This document shows, one piece after another, positions 47,025-57,090 of a stretch of DNA of 64,000 nucleotides. Numbering within the stretch: position 1 is the stretch's first letter; each line of letters begins with the position of its first letter. The position numbers and the translations under genes were made by a program. This DNA is from an uncultured bacterium. GTDB lineage: Bacteria > Krumholzibacteriota > Krumholzibacteriia > LZORAL124-64-63. The DNA lies in NCBI GenBank assembly GCA_963732385.1, contig CAVSZB010000008.1, positions 224,001 to 288,000 on the forward strand, given 5' to 3'. The notes beneath the pieces were generated by a model. The model was not told the DNA's origin. It was given only the letters and a program-made list of their open reading frames with translations, and ran no database searches.

Positions 47025-48580
47025 CGCCCCCCTTCCCCAAGGTGCTGGTGGCCAACCGCGGGGAAATCGCGGTGCGCGTGCTGCGCGCCTGCCGCGAGCT
47101 GGGCGTGGCCACGGTGGCGGTCGCCTCCGAGGCCGACCGCCACGCGGCCCACGCCCGGCTCGCCGATGAAACGGTCATCATCGGTCCGGCGCCGCCGCTC
47201 GAATCGTACCTGCGCACGGAGGCGATCCTCGACGCGGCTCGGCGCACAGGGGCCGCGGCGATCCACCCCGGCTACGGGTTCCTGGCCGAGAGCGCCCCGT
47301 TCGCGGCCGCCGTTCGCGACGCCGGCCTCGTCTTCATCGGACCCGACCCGGAAACGATCGCCGCGATGGGCGAGAAGACCGCGGCGCGCCGCGCCATGGC
47401 GGCCGCCGGCGTGCCGGTGGTGCCGGGGGCCGAGTTGCCGGCGCCGGGCAACGACGGCGAGCCGGATCGGGCGGCCGTGGCGGCGGCGGGGGCGCGCGTC
47501 GGTTTTCCGCTGCTCGTCAAGGCGGCGTACGGGGGGGGCGGCAAGGGGATGCGGCTCGTGCGCGAGGCGTCCGAACTGCCGGCCGCGGCCGCCGCGGCGT
47601 CGCGCGAGGCGCGCAAGGCGTTCGGCGACGGCGCTGTCTACCTCGAGCGGTATCTCGAGCAACCACGGCACGTGGAGTTCCAGATCTTCGGCGACCGGCA
47701 GGGCCACGTCGTGCAGCTCGGCGAGCGGGAGTGCTCGATCCAGCGGCGGCACCAGAAGATCATCGAAGAGACCCCGTCGCCGGCGCTGACCCCCGAACTG
47801 CGCGCCCGCATGGGGGCGGCCGCGGTGGCGGCGGCGCGCGCGGCTCGCTACGTCAACGCCGGCACGGTGGAGTTCCTGGTCGACGCCGCCGGCGACTTCC
47901 ACTTCCTGGAGATGAACACCCGTCTGCAGGTCGAGCACCCGGTCACCGAGTGGGTGACCGGTTTCGATCTCGTGCGCGCGCAATTGCTGGTGGCGGCCGG
48001 CGCGCCGCTGCCGTGGCGGCAGGAGGAGATCGTCCCGCGCGGGCACGCCATCGAATGCCGCCTCTACGCCGAGGATCCGGCGCACGGATTCCGGCCGTCG
48101 CTTGGCCGGATCCTCCTGCTCGACGAGCCGGCTGGGCCCGGCGTGCGGGTGGACAGCGGCGTGGCGACCGGCGACGAGGTCACGATGCACTACGATCCGC
48201 TGCTGGCGAAGCTGTCGGTACACGGGCCGGACCGCCCCGCCGCGATCGCGCGCGCTCTCACCGCGCTGCGCGAATTCTCCGTGCTCGGCATCGCCACCAA
48301 CGTCGCCTACCTGCAGGCGATTATCGACCATCCGGAATTCCGCGCCGGACGCACGCATACCGGTTTTCTCGACGCGCACCTGGCGGATTGGACGCCCGAC
48401 GGCGGAACCGACGAGCGCGATGCGCTGGTGGCGGCTGCCGTGCACGCCTGTCTCGCGACGTCTCGCGACGGAGCCGCGACCGCGGCCGGCGCGCCTGCCG
48501 GCGCCGGATCGGCGGCGGCGGTCGCGGCGGCATCGCCCTGGGCGAGGCTGGGCCGGTTCCGCCTGCGCGGTCTCTCCTGA
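47021..48580 (+). CDS. Biotin carboxylase subunit (MCC alpha, N-terminal part)
   Basis: ANRGEIA, HPGYGFLAE, GGGGKGMR, ERECSIQRRHQK, EMNTRLQVEHPVTE, YDPLLAKL. Confidence 0.92.
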   Translation: MTPPFPKVLVANRGEIAVRVLRACRELGVATVAVASEADRHAAHARLADETVIIGPAPPLESYLRTEAILDAARRTGAAAIHPGYGFLAESAPFAAAVRDAGLVFIGPDPETIAAMGEKTAARRAMAAAGVPVVPGAELPAPGNDGEPDRAAVAAAGARVGFPLLVKAAYGGGGKGMRLVREASELPAAAAAASREARKAFGDGAVYLERYLEQPRHVEFQIFGDRQGHVVQLGERECSIQRRHQKIIEETPSPALTPELRARMGAAAVAAARAARYVNAGTVEFLVDAAGDFHFLEMNTRLQVEHPVTEWVTGFDLVRAQLLVAAGAPLPWRQEEIVPRGHAIECRLYAEDPAHGFRPSLGRILLLDEPAGPGVRVDSGVATGDEVTMHYDPLLAKLSVHGPDRPAAIARALTALREFSVLGIATNVAYLQAIIDHPEFRAGRTHTGFLDAHLADWTPDGGTDERDALVAAAVHACLATSRDGAATAAGAPAGAGSAAAVAAASPWARLGRFRLRGLS

Positions 48581-48599
48581 ACGGGGAAAGGGAGCCGTC

Positions 48600-49094
48600 A
48601 TGCTGTTGCAGTTCCACACCGGAGGTCGTCTCGCCACGCTCGAGGTCGTAGTGGGCGACGGCGGAAACTGCCGCGTGCTGCTCGATGGCGAGGCGGTGGT
48701 GGCCGAACTGATCGAAGACGGTCCGGGGCGTTGCGACCTGCGTCTCGATGGCCGGCGTGTGCGAACCAGGGTCGTGGCGGCGGGGCCGGACGTCCACGTG
48801 AGCATCGACGGCCGCGCGCGCGTCCTCCGGCGTCACACCGGCGACGAGGAGGCGGACGAGGCGGTCGTGGCGGGCGGGCCGCACGTGACGGCGCCGTTGC
48901 CGGGCAAGGTCGTGCGGGTGCTGGTCGCGGCGGGCCGGATCGTACGCGTCGGCGAGACGCTGCTCACGCTCGAGGCGATGAAGATGGAGACCGAAGTGGC
49001 GGCGCCGCTGGCCGGCACGGTGCGGGTGGTGCACGTGGCGGCGGGCGGCACCGTGGCCCTGGGCGATCCGCTCGTCGATCTCGACCCCGCCTGA
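48600..49094 (+). CDS. Biotin carboxyl carrier protein (BT + biotinyl domain)
   Basis: APLPGKV, LEAMKME biotinylation motif; GGAG RBS. Confidence 0.9.
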   Translation: MLLQFHTGGRLATLEVVVGDGGNCRVLLDGEAVVAELIEDGPGRCDLRLDGRRVRTRVVAAGPDVHVSIDGRARVLRRHTGDEEADEAVVAGGPHVTAPLPGKVVRVLVAAGRIVRVGETLLTLEAMKMETEVAAPLAGTVRVVHVAAGGTVALGDPLVDLDPA

Positions 49095-49112
49095 GTCGGC
49101 GGAGCGCGCCGG

Positions 49113-50156
49113 TCAGCCGCGCCAGTTCGCCCGGTAGATCTGTGTCTCCCTGGACTGGCCGGTCCCGCGGGCCGAAGTCCAGAGCAGCAGACGGCCGTCA
49201 CGCGAGAAGGCGGGGAAGCCGTCGAAGCCGGGTGAGAAGGTCACCCGCTCCAGCCCCGTGCCGTCCGGCCGGATCATGTACAGCTCCATGTCGTGACCTT
49301 CGGCGTTGCTCGCGAACAGGATCAGCTGCTGCGACGGGTGCCAGACCGGGGCGAAGCTCGTGGCCTCGAAGGCGGTCAGCCGGCGCAGGTTGCCCCCGGT
49401 GAGATCCGCGGTATAGATTTCCAGCGATCGCGTCTCGCCGGGCGGCGTGGCGTGGAAGACGAGGCGGCTGCCGTCGGGGGAGGCCTGCGGCCCGCCGACG
49501 TAGCCGTCCATCACCAGCAGTTCGCGAGCGTCCCGACCGTCGGCCTCCATCATGACCAGCGCACCGCGGCCCGCGCGTTGCGAGGCGCAGAAGATCCGGG
49601 AGCCGCCCCAGGAGTACGATCCTTCCGCGTCGTAGCCGGGTGTGGTGGTCAGGGCGCGGGGCGCGAGGCCGTCGGGGCCGGCGAGCCAGAGGTCGAGCGA
49701 GGCATCGAAGAGCCACAGCCCGGCGGGATCGTCGCCGGCGGGATCGCCGGCCGCGGCGCCGGTGGCGGCGGCGTAGAGGATGCCGCCGCTGCCGGGGGTG
49801 AAAACCGGGTCGTGGCGTCGGCCTGGGCCGGTGTCGATCGGGACCGGAGAACTGCCGTCGGCGTTCATGACGCGGATGCCGAACTGTTCGTCCGGCGCGG
49901 GTCGACAGAGCCAGACGATCCTGGTGTCATTGTCGTTGAAGCTGGCCTGCCGGTTCAGTCCGGCCCCGGTGAGCCGGCGGACGTCATCGAGATGATGTTC
50001 GGCCGCCGTCGTCGCCGCCGTCTTTTCATCCGGAGGCGCCCGGTGGCGCCGATCGATCTTGATCTCGTCGCAGCCGGTCGCCAGCAGCGCGCACAGGCCG
50101 ACGAGCAGGCTCGTGACGACGGTCGAGGGACAGGGAGCGAAGTGAGCGCGGCGCAT
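49113..50156 (-). CDS. TolB-like PD40 beta-propeller lipoprotein
   Basis: Lipobox ATGC; PGYDAEGSYS, SPDGSRLVF, FAPVWHP, FDGFPAFSRDG. Confidence 0.85.
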   Translation of the reverse strand: MRRAHFAPCPSTVVTSLLVGLCALLATGCDEIKIDRRHRAPPDEKTAATTAAEHHLDDVRRLTGAGLNRQASFNDNDTRIVWLCRPAPDEQFGIRVMNADGSSPVPIDTGPGRRHDPVFTPGSGGILYAAATGAAAGDPAGDDPAGLWLFDASLDLWLAGPDGLAPRALTTTPGYDAEGSYSWGGSRIFCASQRAGRGALVMMEADGRDARELLVMDGYVGGPQASPDGSRLVFHATPPGETRSLEIYTADLTGGNLRRLTAFEATSFAPVWHPSQQLILFASNAEGHDMELYMIRPDGTGLERVTFSPGFDGFPAFSRDGRLLLWTSARGTGQSRETQIYRANWRG

Positions 50157-50285
50157 GACACCTCCGGGCGGGCGGACCGGACCGGCCCCCGACCGGACCG
50201 CGCGCGCCGGCATCGTAGCAGGCCCCTTGCGGGGTCGCAACCGCGGCGCGCGGCGTCCTGGATGAGGGCGGACGAAGGAGGAGTC

Positions 50286-51236
50286 TTGACGGACCGGGCG
50301 TTTCAGGACGGCGATACGGCGCGCACCCCCACTCCGACCCCCTGGTTCGACGGGGGGCCGCGTTCCGGGCTGGTGCTCGGGGGGGGCGGCGCCCGCGGGC
50401 TGGCCAGCATCGGCATCGTCGAGGTGCTCGAGGCGGAGGGGCTGCGGCCGGTGGCCATTGCCGGGACCTCGATGGGGGCGCTGATCGGCGCCTTTCTCGC
50501 CTCGGGGCTCAGCGCGGCCGATTGTCACGACATCACGCGCTCGCTGCGCTGGACCGACGTCCTCGACCTGGGACGTCCTGGCGGCCTCATCAAGGGGGAT
50601 CGCTACGGACGCTGGCTGGCCGAACGGCTGCCGGCACGCTTCGCCGATCTGAAGCTGCCGCTGGCCGTGACCGCCACCGACATCGATCGGGGCGAGACCG
50701 TCGTGTTGCGCGAGGGCGACCTGATCGGCGCGATTCGCGCGAGCACGGCGTTTCCCGGCGCTTTTTCCCCGGTGGCGTACGCGGGGCGGCTCCTGGTCGA
50801 CGGTGGTGTTCTGAACACCCTGCCGCTCGATGTGATCCGCACCTACGACATCGCCAGGGTCGTGGCCGCCGACTTTGCCGCCCCGCGGGCGCGCCCTCTC
50901 GACGATGGCGAAACCGGGGCGGGCTGGCATCGTCTGTGGGAGAGCCTCACCTTCCGCCGGCGCGGTCTGGCCGCCGACGTCCTGCTCAAGGCGGTGGACA
51001 TCATGCAGGCGGAGATCTCCGCGGAGCGGCTGCGCCGCCATCCGCCCGACGTATGGATCGCGCCGGTGATGGATCACATCCGCATCGAGGACTTTCGCCG
51101 GCACGAGGAGATCATCGCCGCCGGGACGGCCGAGGCGCGCCGCGTCCTGGAACGCCTGCGCCTGCAGGGCCCCGTTCCGCTCCCGGCGACCGGGACTCAA
51201 GCCGCCGCTTTTCCCGCCGAAAATGCCGGGGAGTAG
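50286..51236 (+). CDS. Patatin-like phospholipase (RssA-like)
   Basis: GGGGARG, GTSMG, DGG; TTG start after AGGAGG. Confidence 0.9.
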   Translation: MTDRAFQDGDTARTPTPTPWFDGGPRSGLVLGGGGARGLASIGIVEVLEAEGLRPVAIAGTSMGALIGAFLASGLSAADCHDITRSLRWTDVLDLGRPGGLIKGDRYGRWLAERLPARFADLKLPLAVTATDIDRGETVVLREGDLIGAIRASTAFPGAFSPVAYAGRLLVDGGVLNTLPLDVIRTYDIARVVAADFAAPRARPLDDGETGAGWHRLWESLTFRRRGLAADVLLKAVDIMQAEISAERLRRHPPDVWIAPVMDHIRIEDFRRHEEIIAAGTAEARRVLERLRLQGPVPLPATGTQAAAFPAENAGE

Positions 51237-51286
51237 GGTTCCGCTCCGGGAACCGCGCGGCGCAGTCCTGTCCGGGCAGTGGAGAC

Positions 51287-52159
51287 ATGAATCAGACCCT
51301 GAAGGATCTCATCGCGGGGACGCTTGAACTGGCTGCCCTGCCGCAGACGACGGCGCGCCTGCTCCAGCTGGTCGAGGAGCCGGATGTGGAGGCTTCACGC
51401 CTGCTGCGCGTGATCGAACTCGACCCCGCCCTCACCGCCAACCTGCTCAAGCTGTGCAACTCCGCCTACTATGGCCGCCGGCGCGAGGTCGGCACTGTCG
51501 ACGAGGCGCTCCTCGTGCTGGGGACCCGCACGGTCGTCACGCTCGCCTTTGCCACCAGCATGGGAAAGGTGCTGCGCGGCGACCTGAACGGCTACGGCAT
51601 GGCCAAGGACGAACTCTGGCGTCACGCGCTGGCGGTGGCGTGCGGCGCGGTCACGATCGTCACCGACGAGGGGCGCGAGGAGCTGCGCGACCGCGCCTTC
51701 ACCGCCGGGCTCGTGCACGACATCGGCAAGCTGCTCCTCGACCGGATTCTCGCGCGGGGCATGGAGTGGGAGCCGCTCGCGGCGGGTCAGGCGGAGTGGA
51801 TCGAGGTGGAGCGGCAGGTGGCCGGCTTCGATCACGCCGAGGCCGGCGCTGCGCTGGCCGACTGCTGGCGCTTTCCCAAGGCGCTGGTGGAGGCGATCCG
51901 CACCCATCACGAACCCTGTCCGCCCGGCGCGCCCCTCGACCTGGCCATGGCCGTGCACGCGGCCGACGCGGTCGCGGCGGCGATCGGCGTGGCGGGCGCG
52001 GGGCGGAGAAGTGCGTTGCCGGCGCTCGAAAGCTTCGGCGATCTGGGCGTGGCGCCGGAGGTCCTGAGTCACGTGGCCGCGTTGTTGCCGACGCAGCTGG
52101 AGGAGTTGACCGGTCAGTTCACGCCTTCCTCCGAATCGCGGCTGACCGTCCCTGTCTGA
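51287..52159 (+). CDS. Stand-alone HDOD-domain protein
   Basis: DPALTANLLKLCNSAYYG, LWRHA, AGLVHDIGKL, DHAEAGA, WRFP, HHEP. Confidence 0.9.
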   Translation: MNQTLKDLIAGTLELAALPQTTARLLQLVEEPDVEASRLLRVIELDPALTANLLKLCNSAYYGRRREVGTVDEALLVLGTRTVVTLAFATSMGKVLRGDLNGYGMAKDELWRHALAVACGAVTIVTDEGREELRDRAFTAGLVHDIGKLLLDRILARGMEWEPLAAGQAEWIEVERQVAGFDHAEAGAALADCWRFPKALVEAIRTHHEPCPPGAPLDLAMAVHAADAVAAAIGVAGAGRRSALPALESFGDLGVAPEVLSHVAALLPTQLEELTGQFTPSSESRLTVPV

Positions 52160-52178
52160 CCGTGGTAGCCTGCCCGGC

Positions 52179-53093
52179 ATGAGCCACCCCGCGCGTTCGC
52201 GATTCGCCGATATCGCCCTCCTCTCGGTGTCCGTCCTGTGGGGACTGTCCTTCCCGGCGATCAAGATGGCCACCCCCTTCGTGCCGTCGGTGCGGTTCGT
52301 GGCGCTGCGCTTCACGCTCGCCACGCTGCTGCTGTTGCCACTGTTGCCGTTGATCGCGCGGGAGGCGCGTCCGGCCGGAGGACCGGGCGCCGGTGGCTGT
52401 TTCGGCGATGCCGCAGCGCGTCTGCGGGGGATGTGGCTCGGTCTGTTGCTGGCGGTCGCCTACACCACCCAGACCATCGGCCTGCACACGTCCACCGCGG
52501 CAAACAGCGCCTTCATCACCAGTCTTTCGGTGGTCATGGTGCCGCCGCTGGCGGCGTTGCGCTGCGGGCAGCGACTGGGCGGGGCGGTTGTGGTGGCGCT
52601 GGTGCCGGCGGTGGCCGGCCTGGCGATCCTGACCCGACCCGATCTCGGACGCCTGGCGCCAGGCGATGCCTGGACCCTCGGTTGCTCCGTCACCTACGCG
52701 GTGTATCTAGTGGAGCTCAGCCGGGCGCTCGTCCGGGCGCCGTATCCGCCCCTGCTCTTCTGGCAACTGGCCACGGTGGCGGCGACGGCGGGAGTCTGGA
52801 CGCTGCTGTGGGAGCGTGCCCCCTGGCGCTGGAACGCGACCGTGGCGTGGTCGCTCGGCCTGACCACGGTGTTGTCGACGGTGCTGGCGCTCTATCTGCA
52901 GAATCGCTGGCAGGGGCGCACGACGGCGTCGCGCGCGGCGATCCTGTTCGCCACCGAGCCGGTCTTCGCCACGCTGTTCGCCTGGCTGCTGCTGCGGGAA
53001 CGGCTGTCGGCGGCGTTCCCGGTCGGCGCCGGCCTGATTCTTGGCGCGGTGCTGATCGCCGAACTGAACGATCGCCGGCCGGCGGGAGTCTGA
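52179..53093 (+). CDS. DMT/EamA-family transporter
   Basis: LWGLSFP, ALRF, SAFITSL, GDAWTL, EPVFATLF; about 10 TMs. Confidence 0.9.
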   Translation: MSHPARSRFADIALLSVSVLWGLSFPAIKMATPFVPSVRFVALRFTLATLLLLPLLPLIAREARPAGGPGAGGCFGDAAARLRGMWLGLLLAVAYTTQTIGLHTSTAANSAFITSLSVVMVPPLAALRCGQRLGGAVVVALVPAVAGLAILTRPDLGRLAPGDAWTLGCSVTYAVYLVELSRALVRAPYPPLLFWQLATVAATAGVWTLLWERAPWRWNATVAWSLGLTTVLSTVLALYLQNRWQGRTTASRAAILFATEPVFATLFAWLLLRERLSAAFPVGAGLILGAVLIAELNDRRPAGV

Positions 53094-53122
53094 CGCGCCC
53101 AGGCCGGGAGAAGGAGGCATTG

Positions 53123-53554
53123 GTGAGGGTCCTGTTCGTCTGCATGGCGAATTCCTGCCGCAGCCAGATGGCCGAGGGCTGGGCGCGCCGGCTCTGGCCG
53201 TCCGACTGGGAAGCGCATAGCGCCGGCCTGGTCACCTATCCCATCACGGCGGCCACCCGCGAGACGATGGCCGAGGTGGGCGTCGATCTGGCCGGTCAGG
53301 AGAGCAAGTCGATCGATCTGTTCTGGCTCGGGGATTTCGATCTGGTCGTGACCCTGAGCGAGGAGGCCGCCCGGTTCCTGCCGTCGCTCGACGATCCCGC
53401 GCGGCATCGGCACCATCCCGTCGATGACCCGATGACGGCGCGCGGCGAGCCTGCCGAGATCCGCGCCGAATTCCGCCGCGCGCGCGACACGATCCGTGAA
53501 ATCGTGGCCGCTCTCGCGCCGGCGGCGGATGCACCGCCGGACCCCGTTTCGTAA
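53123..53554 (+). CDS. ArsC/LMW-PTP-fold protein
   Basis: VLFVCMANSCRSQMAEG P-loop, SAG, DDP; resolving cysteines absent. Confidence 0.85.
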   Translation: MRVLFVCMANSCRSQMAEGWARRLWPSDWEAHSAGLVTYPITAATRETMAEVGVDLAGQESKSIDLFWLGDFDLVVTLSEEAARFLPSLDDPARHRHHPVDDPMTARGEPAEIRAEFRRARDTIREIVAALAPAADAPPDPVS

Positions 53555-53820
53555 ATCCGTGACAGGTTCTCCAGCCCCTGTTCCGACAAGGGGTTGCGCC
53601 GACCCGTGCTCCCGGTCCGGCGGCGACCGCCCCGCCGGGAGGGTTGACCGCCGTGCCCCGCGGAGGTGAGGCCGAAAAAAGTGCGCGGCCTGTCGTGCCG
53701 GGCGCCAGGGCGCAGGGGGGCCGTTCGGCGCGCTCGGACGACGGTTCCGCCGTGATGCCGCGTCGACCGTCTGGTGAAGAGGCTTGCCTCGCTCATGGCA
53801 GTTTCACAAAATCCTTCTCG

Positions 53821-53868
53821 CCTCAGCATCGTGTGGTTGTCCGACGGAAAGGCCCCCATATATGGGGG
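53821..53868 (+). promoter_or_regulatory. Tandem NrdR-box-like operators upstream of nrdJ
   Basis: Perfect 16-bp palindrome CCCCCATATATGGGGG (53853-53868) and a weaker CCTCAGCATCGTGTGG (53821-53836) 32 bp upstream; both fit the acaCwAtATaTwGtgt pattern. Confidence 0.7.
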
Positions 53869-54064
53869 TCCAGCCCGCGCGGCGGCTCCCCGGCTGGCGC
53901 AAGTGATCCGCTGACAAGGTCATGACGGGCGCGCTACCTCGGCGCCCCCGCCTCCCCCGTTCGAGCGGGGGATGGAGGGGGCCGGCGGGGGGCCAGGCGG
54001 GCCCGGTTCGGTTTCGCCGACTCGCCCGGCGGTTCTGTTATCGACACAAGGAGCGTGACTCTCC

Positions 54065-56947
54065 ATGAAGGATCGCACGGAGAAAACGGGCCATTACTCC
54101 TCGGGCGACCTGCTGCCGCTGAAGGAACTGGCGGCGGCCGACGGCGCAGGCGAGCCCGAACTCGACCTCGAGGAGTTGACCCGTCCCGGGCCCGAACTGG
54201 CCGCCGCCTTCGTCGTGCCGCCCGAGGTCGCGTCCCGCCGCGGGCTGTCGCTGCGCCGTCTCTATACCCGGCCGGGGGTCAACCCGCTGGACGAGGTGCG
54301 CTGGGAGAAGCGCAATGCGGCCATTCGCGACGAGAAGGGCGAGGTCATTTTCGAGCAGTCGGACGTGGAGGTGCCGAAGAGCTGGTCTCAGATGGCGACG
54401 AACGTGGTCGTGTCGAAGTATTTCCGGGGCGGCCTCGGCGATCCCGAACGCGAAGCTTCGGTGCGGCAGCTCGTCGGCCGCGTCGCCGACACCATTGCGC
54501 TCTGGGGGCGCCAGGACGGGGTCTTCGACACTGAGGAGGACGCCGCCGTCTTCCACGCCGAACTGACTCACCTGCTCGTGCATCAGCATGCGGCGTTCAA
54601 CTCCCCCGTCTGGTTCAACGTCGGCGTGGAGGAGCGGCCGCAGTGTTCGGCCTGCTTCATCAACTCGGTGAACGACTCCATGGACAGCATCATGGATCTC
54701 GCCAAGACCGAGGGTATGCTGTTCAAATTCGGCAGTGGCACCGGCACCAACCTCTCGTCGCTGCGCTCATCGAAGGAGCACCTCAGCACGGGCGGAGTGG
54801 CGTCGGGCCCGGTGTCTTTCATGAAGGGGTACGACGCTTTCGCCGGCGTTATCAAGTCCGGCGGCAAGACGCGCCGCGCCGCGAAGATGGTCATCCTCAA
54901 CGCGGACCATCCCGACATCGTCGAGTTCATCAACTGCAAGGTGAACGAGGAGCGGAAGGCCTGGGCGTTGATCGAGGCGGGCTACGACGGCTCCTTCAAC
55001 GGCGAAGCCTACGGCTCGGTCTTCTTCCAGAACAGCAACAACTCGGTGCGCGTGACCGACGCCTTCATGAAGGCCGTGATCGACGACGGCACCTGGACCA
55101 CGCGAGCCGTGCGCGGCGGCGAACCGATGGGCACCTGCCGTGCGCGCGACCTGATGCGGATGATCGCCGAGGGCACGCACGTCTGCGGCGATCCCGGCAT
55201 GCAGTTCGACACGACCATCAACGCCTGGCACACCTGCCGGAAGACCGCGCCGATCCGGGCCTCGAATCCCTGTTCCGAGTACATGTTCCTGGACGACTCG
55301 GCCTGTAACCTGGCGTCGCTCAACCTGATGAAATTCCGCCGTCCCGACGGCGAATTCGATCTGGTCGCGTTCCGCCACGTCGTGCACGTCGTTCTGGTCG
55401 CGATGGAGATCCTCGTCGACAACAGCAGCTATCCTCGCCCCGCGATCGGCGAGAACAGTCGCCGTTTCCGGCCGCTCGGGCTGGGTTATGCGAATCTTGG
55501 CGCCCTGCTCATGGCGCGGGGGCTGCCCTACGACAGCGACGAGGGCCGCGATTTCGCCGCCGCCATCACGGCGCTGATGACCGGCCAGGCCTACGCCACC
55601 TCCGCGGAGATGGCGCGGCTGCTCGGCCCGTTCGCAGGTTACGCCGAGAATCGCGACAGCTTCCTGGGCGTGGTGCAGAAGCACCGTTCGCACATCAACA
55701 ACATCAACCCCCATCGCGTGCCGGAGGAACTGATCAGCGCGGTCAAGGAGGTCTGGACCGAGGCCTACACGCTGGGCTACGACTACGGCTACCGCAACGC
55801 CCAGGTCACGGTCCTCGCCCCGACCGGCACGATCGGCTTCATGATGGACTGCGACACGACCGGCATCGAGCCGGACATGGCGCTCGTGAAGTACAAGAAG
55901 CTCGTCGGCGGCGGGCAGTTGAAGATTGTCAACAATACGGTGCCCGAGGCGCTCGAGCGGCTCGGCTACACGGAGGACGAGCGCCGCCAGGTTCTCGCCT
56001 GGCTCGAGGAGCGCGAGACGATCGAGGGGGCGCCGCACCTGCAGGCGGACCACCTGTCGGTGTTCGACTGCGCGTTCCGTCCGCGCAATGGTCAGCGGTC
56101 GATCTCCTACATGGGCCATATCCGCATGATGGCCGCCTGCCAGCCGTTCCTCTCGGGGGCCATTTCCAAGACGGTCAACATGCCGACCGAGGCGACCGTC
56201 GAGGAGATCATGCAGGCCTATACCGAGGCCTGGAAAATGGGGCTGAAGGCGATCGCCATCTACCGCGACGGCAGCAAGCGGATCCAGCCGCTGAGCACCG
56301 GCGCCCAGCTGGAGGCGCAGCAGCGTCTCGCCCCGCCCACGCCGCAGCGGGTGCGGCTGCCGGACGAGCGCCAGGCGATCACGCACAAGTTCTCGATCGC
56401 GGGGCACGAGGGCTACCTCACGGTCGGCCTCTACCCCAACGGCAAGCCGGGCGAGATGTTCGTCGCCATGGCGAAGGAGGGCTCGGTCGTCTCGGGCCTG
56501 ATGGACAGCTTCGCCACCGCAGTGTCGATCATGCTGCAGTACGGCGTGCCGATGGACGTGCTGGTCCAGAAGTTCAGCCACATGCGGTTCGAACCGAGCG
56601 GCGTCACCAGCAATCCGGAGATCCCGCTGGCGAAATCGATCATGGACTACATCTTCCGGTGGCTCGACCGCAAGTTCGGCGATGGCGCCGCGTCGGTCGT
56701 GGCGGACGCCCCGGGCGACACCCCCGCGCGTGGCTTCGCCGTGGCGCCGGAGTTCGGCCAGGCGGCCGGTTTCGACCACGAGCCCGACGCCGCGCCGCGC
56801 AATCGCATCACCCTCGAAGAGACGGAGCGCCTGATCTTCAAGACGCAGTCGGACAGCCCGCCGTGTCCGGAGTGCGGTTCGGTGATGGTGCGCAACGGCA
56901 GCTGCTACAAGTGTCTCAACTGCGCCTCGACCAGCGGCTGCTCCTGA
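54065..56947 (+). CDS. nrdJ: Class II (adenosylcobalamin-dependent) ribonucleotide reductase with TSCPD and zinc-ribbon C-terminus
   Basis: FNSPVWFN, QCSACFI, GGKTRRAAKM, SNPCSEY, ACNLAS, APTGT, GAISKTVN, YRDGSK; C-terminal CPECG...CYKCLNCASTSGCS; AAGGAG RBS. Confidence 0.96.
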   Translation: MKDRTEKTGHYSSGDLLPLKELAAADGAGEPELDLEELTRPGPELAAAFVVPPEVASRRGLSLRRLYTRPGVNPLDEVRWEKRNAAIRDEKGEVIFEQSDVEVPKSWSQMATNVVVSKYFRGGLGDPEREASVRQLVGRVADTIALWGRQDGVFDTEEDAAVFHAELTHLLVHQHAAFNSPVWFNVGVEERPQCSACFINSVNDSMDSIMDLAKTEGMLFKFGSGTGTNLSSLRSSKEHLSTGGVASGPVSFMKGYDAFAGVIKSGGKTRRAAKMVILNADHPDIVEFINCKVNEERKAWALIEAGYDGSFNGEAYGSVFFQNSNNSVRVTDAFMKAVIDDGTWTTRAVRGGEPMGTCRARDLMRMIAEGTHVCGDPGMQFDTTINAWHTCRKTAPIRASNPCSEYMFLDDSACNLASLNLMKFRRPDGEFDLVAFRHVVHVVLVAMEILVDNSSYPRPAIGENSRRFRPLGLGYANLGALLMARGLPYDSDEGRDFAAAITALMTGQAYATSAEMARLLGPFAGYAENRDSFLGVVQKHRSHINNINPHRVPEELISAVKEVWTEAYTLGYDYGYRNAQVTVLAPTGTIGFMMDCDTTGIEPDMALVKYKKLVGGGQLKIVNNTVPEALERLGYTEDERRQVLAWLEERETIEGAPHLQADHLSVFDCAFRPRNGQRSISYMGHIRMMAACQPFLSGAISKTVNMPTEATVEEIMQAYTEAWKMGLKAIAIYRDGSKRIQPLSTGAQLEAQQRLAPPTPQRVRLPDERQAITHKFSIAGHEGYLTVGLYPNGKPGEMFVAMAKEGSVVSGLMDSFATAVSIMLQYGVPMDVLVQKFSHMRFEPSGVTSNPEIPLAKSIMDYIFRWLDRKFGDGAASVVADAPGDTPARGFAVAPEFGQAAGFDHEPDAAPRNRITLEETERLIFKTQSDSPPCPECGSVMVRNGSCYKCLNCASTSGCS

Positions 56948-57090
56948 GCGTCGCGGGCGCCGACGGCGCATCCTGCCGAGCCTGGCCGCGCGGCCGGATC
57001 CCCGCCCCGGGGACCCGGCCGCCGCGCTTTGCGCCGGCGGGGGCTCGTGCTATCCTGCCTCCGTCCCCCCGCATCACGGAGGAGTATGTC

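Noticed and set aside
53555..54064. Cobalamin riboswitch or small ORF (53644-53925) upstream of B12-dependent nrdJ
   Set aside because: No B12-box or GCCACTG core was recognised; the ORF has shadow-like composition and overlaps the NrdR-like boxes.
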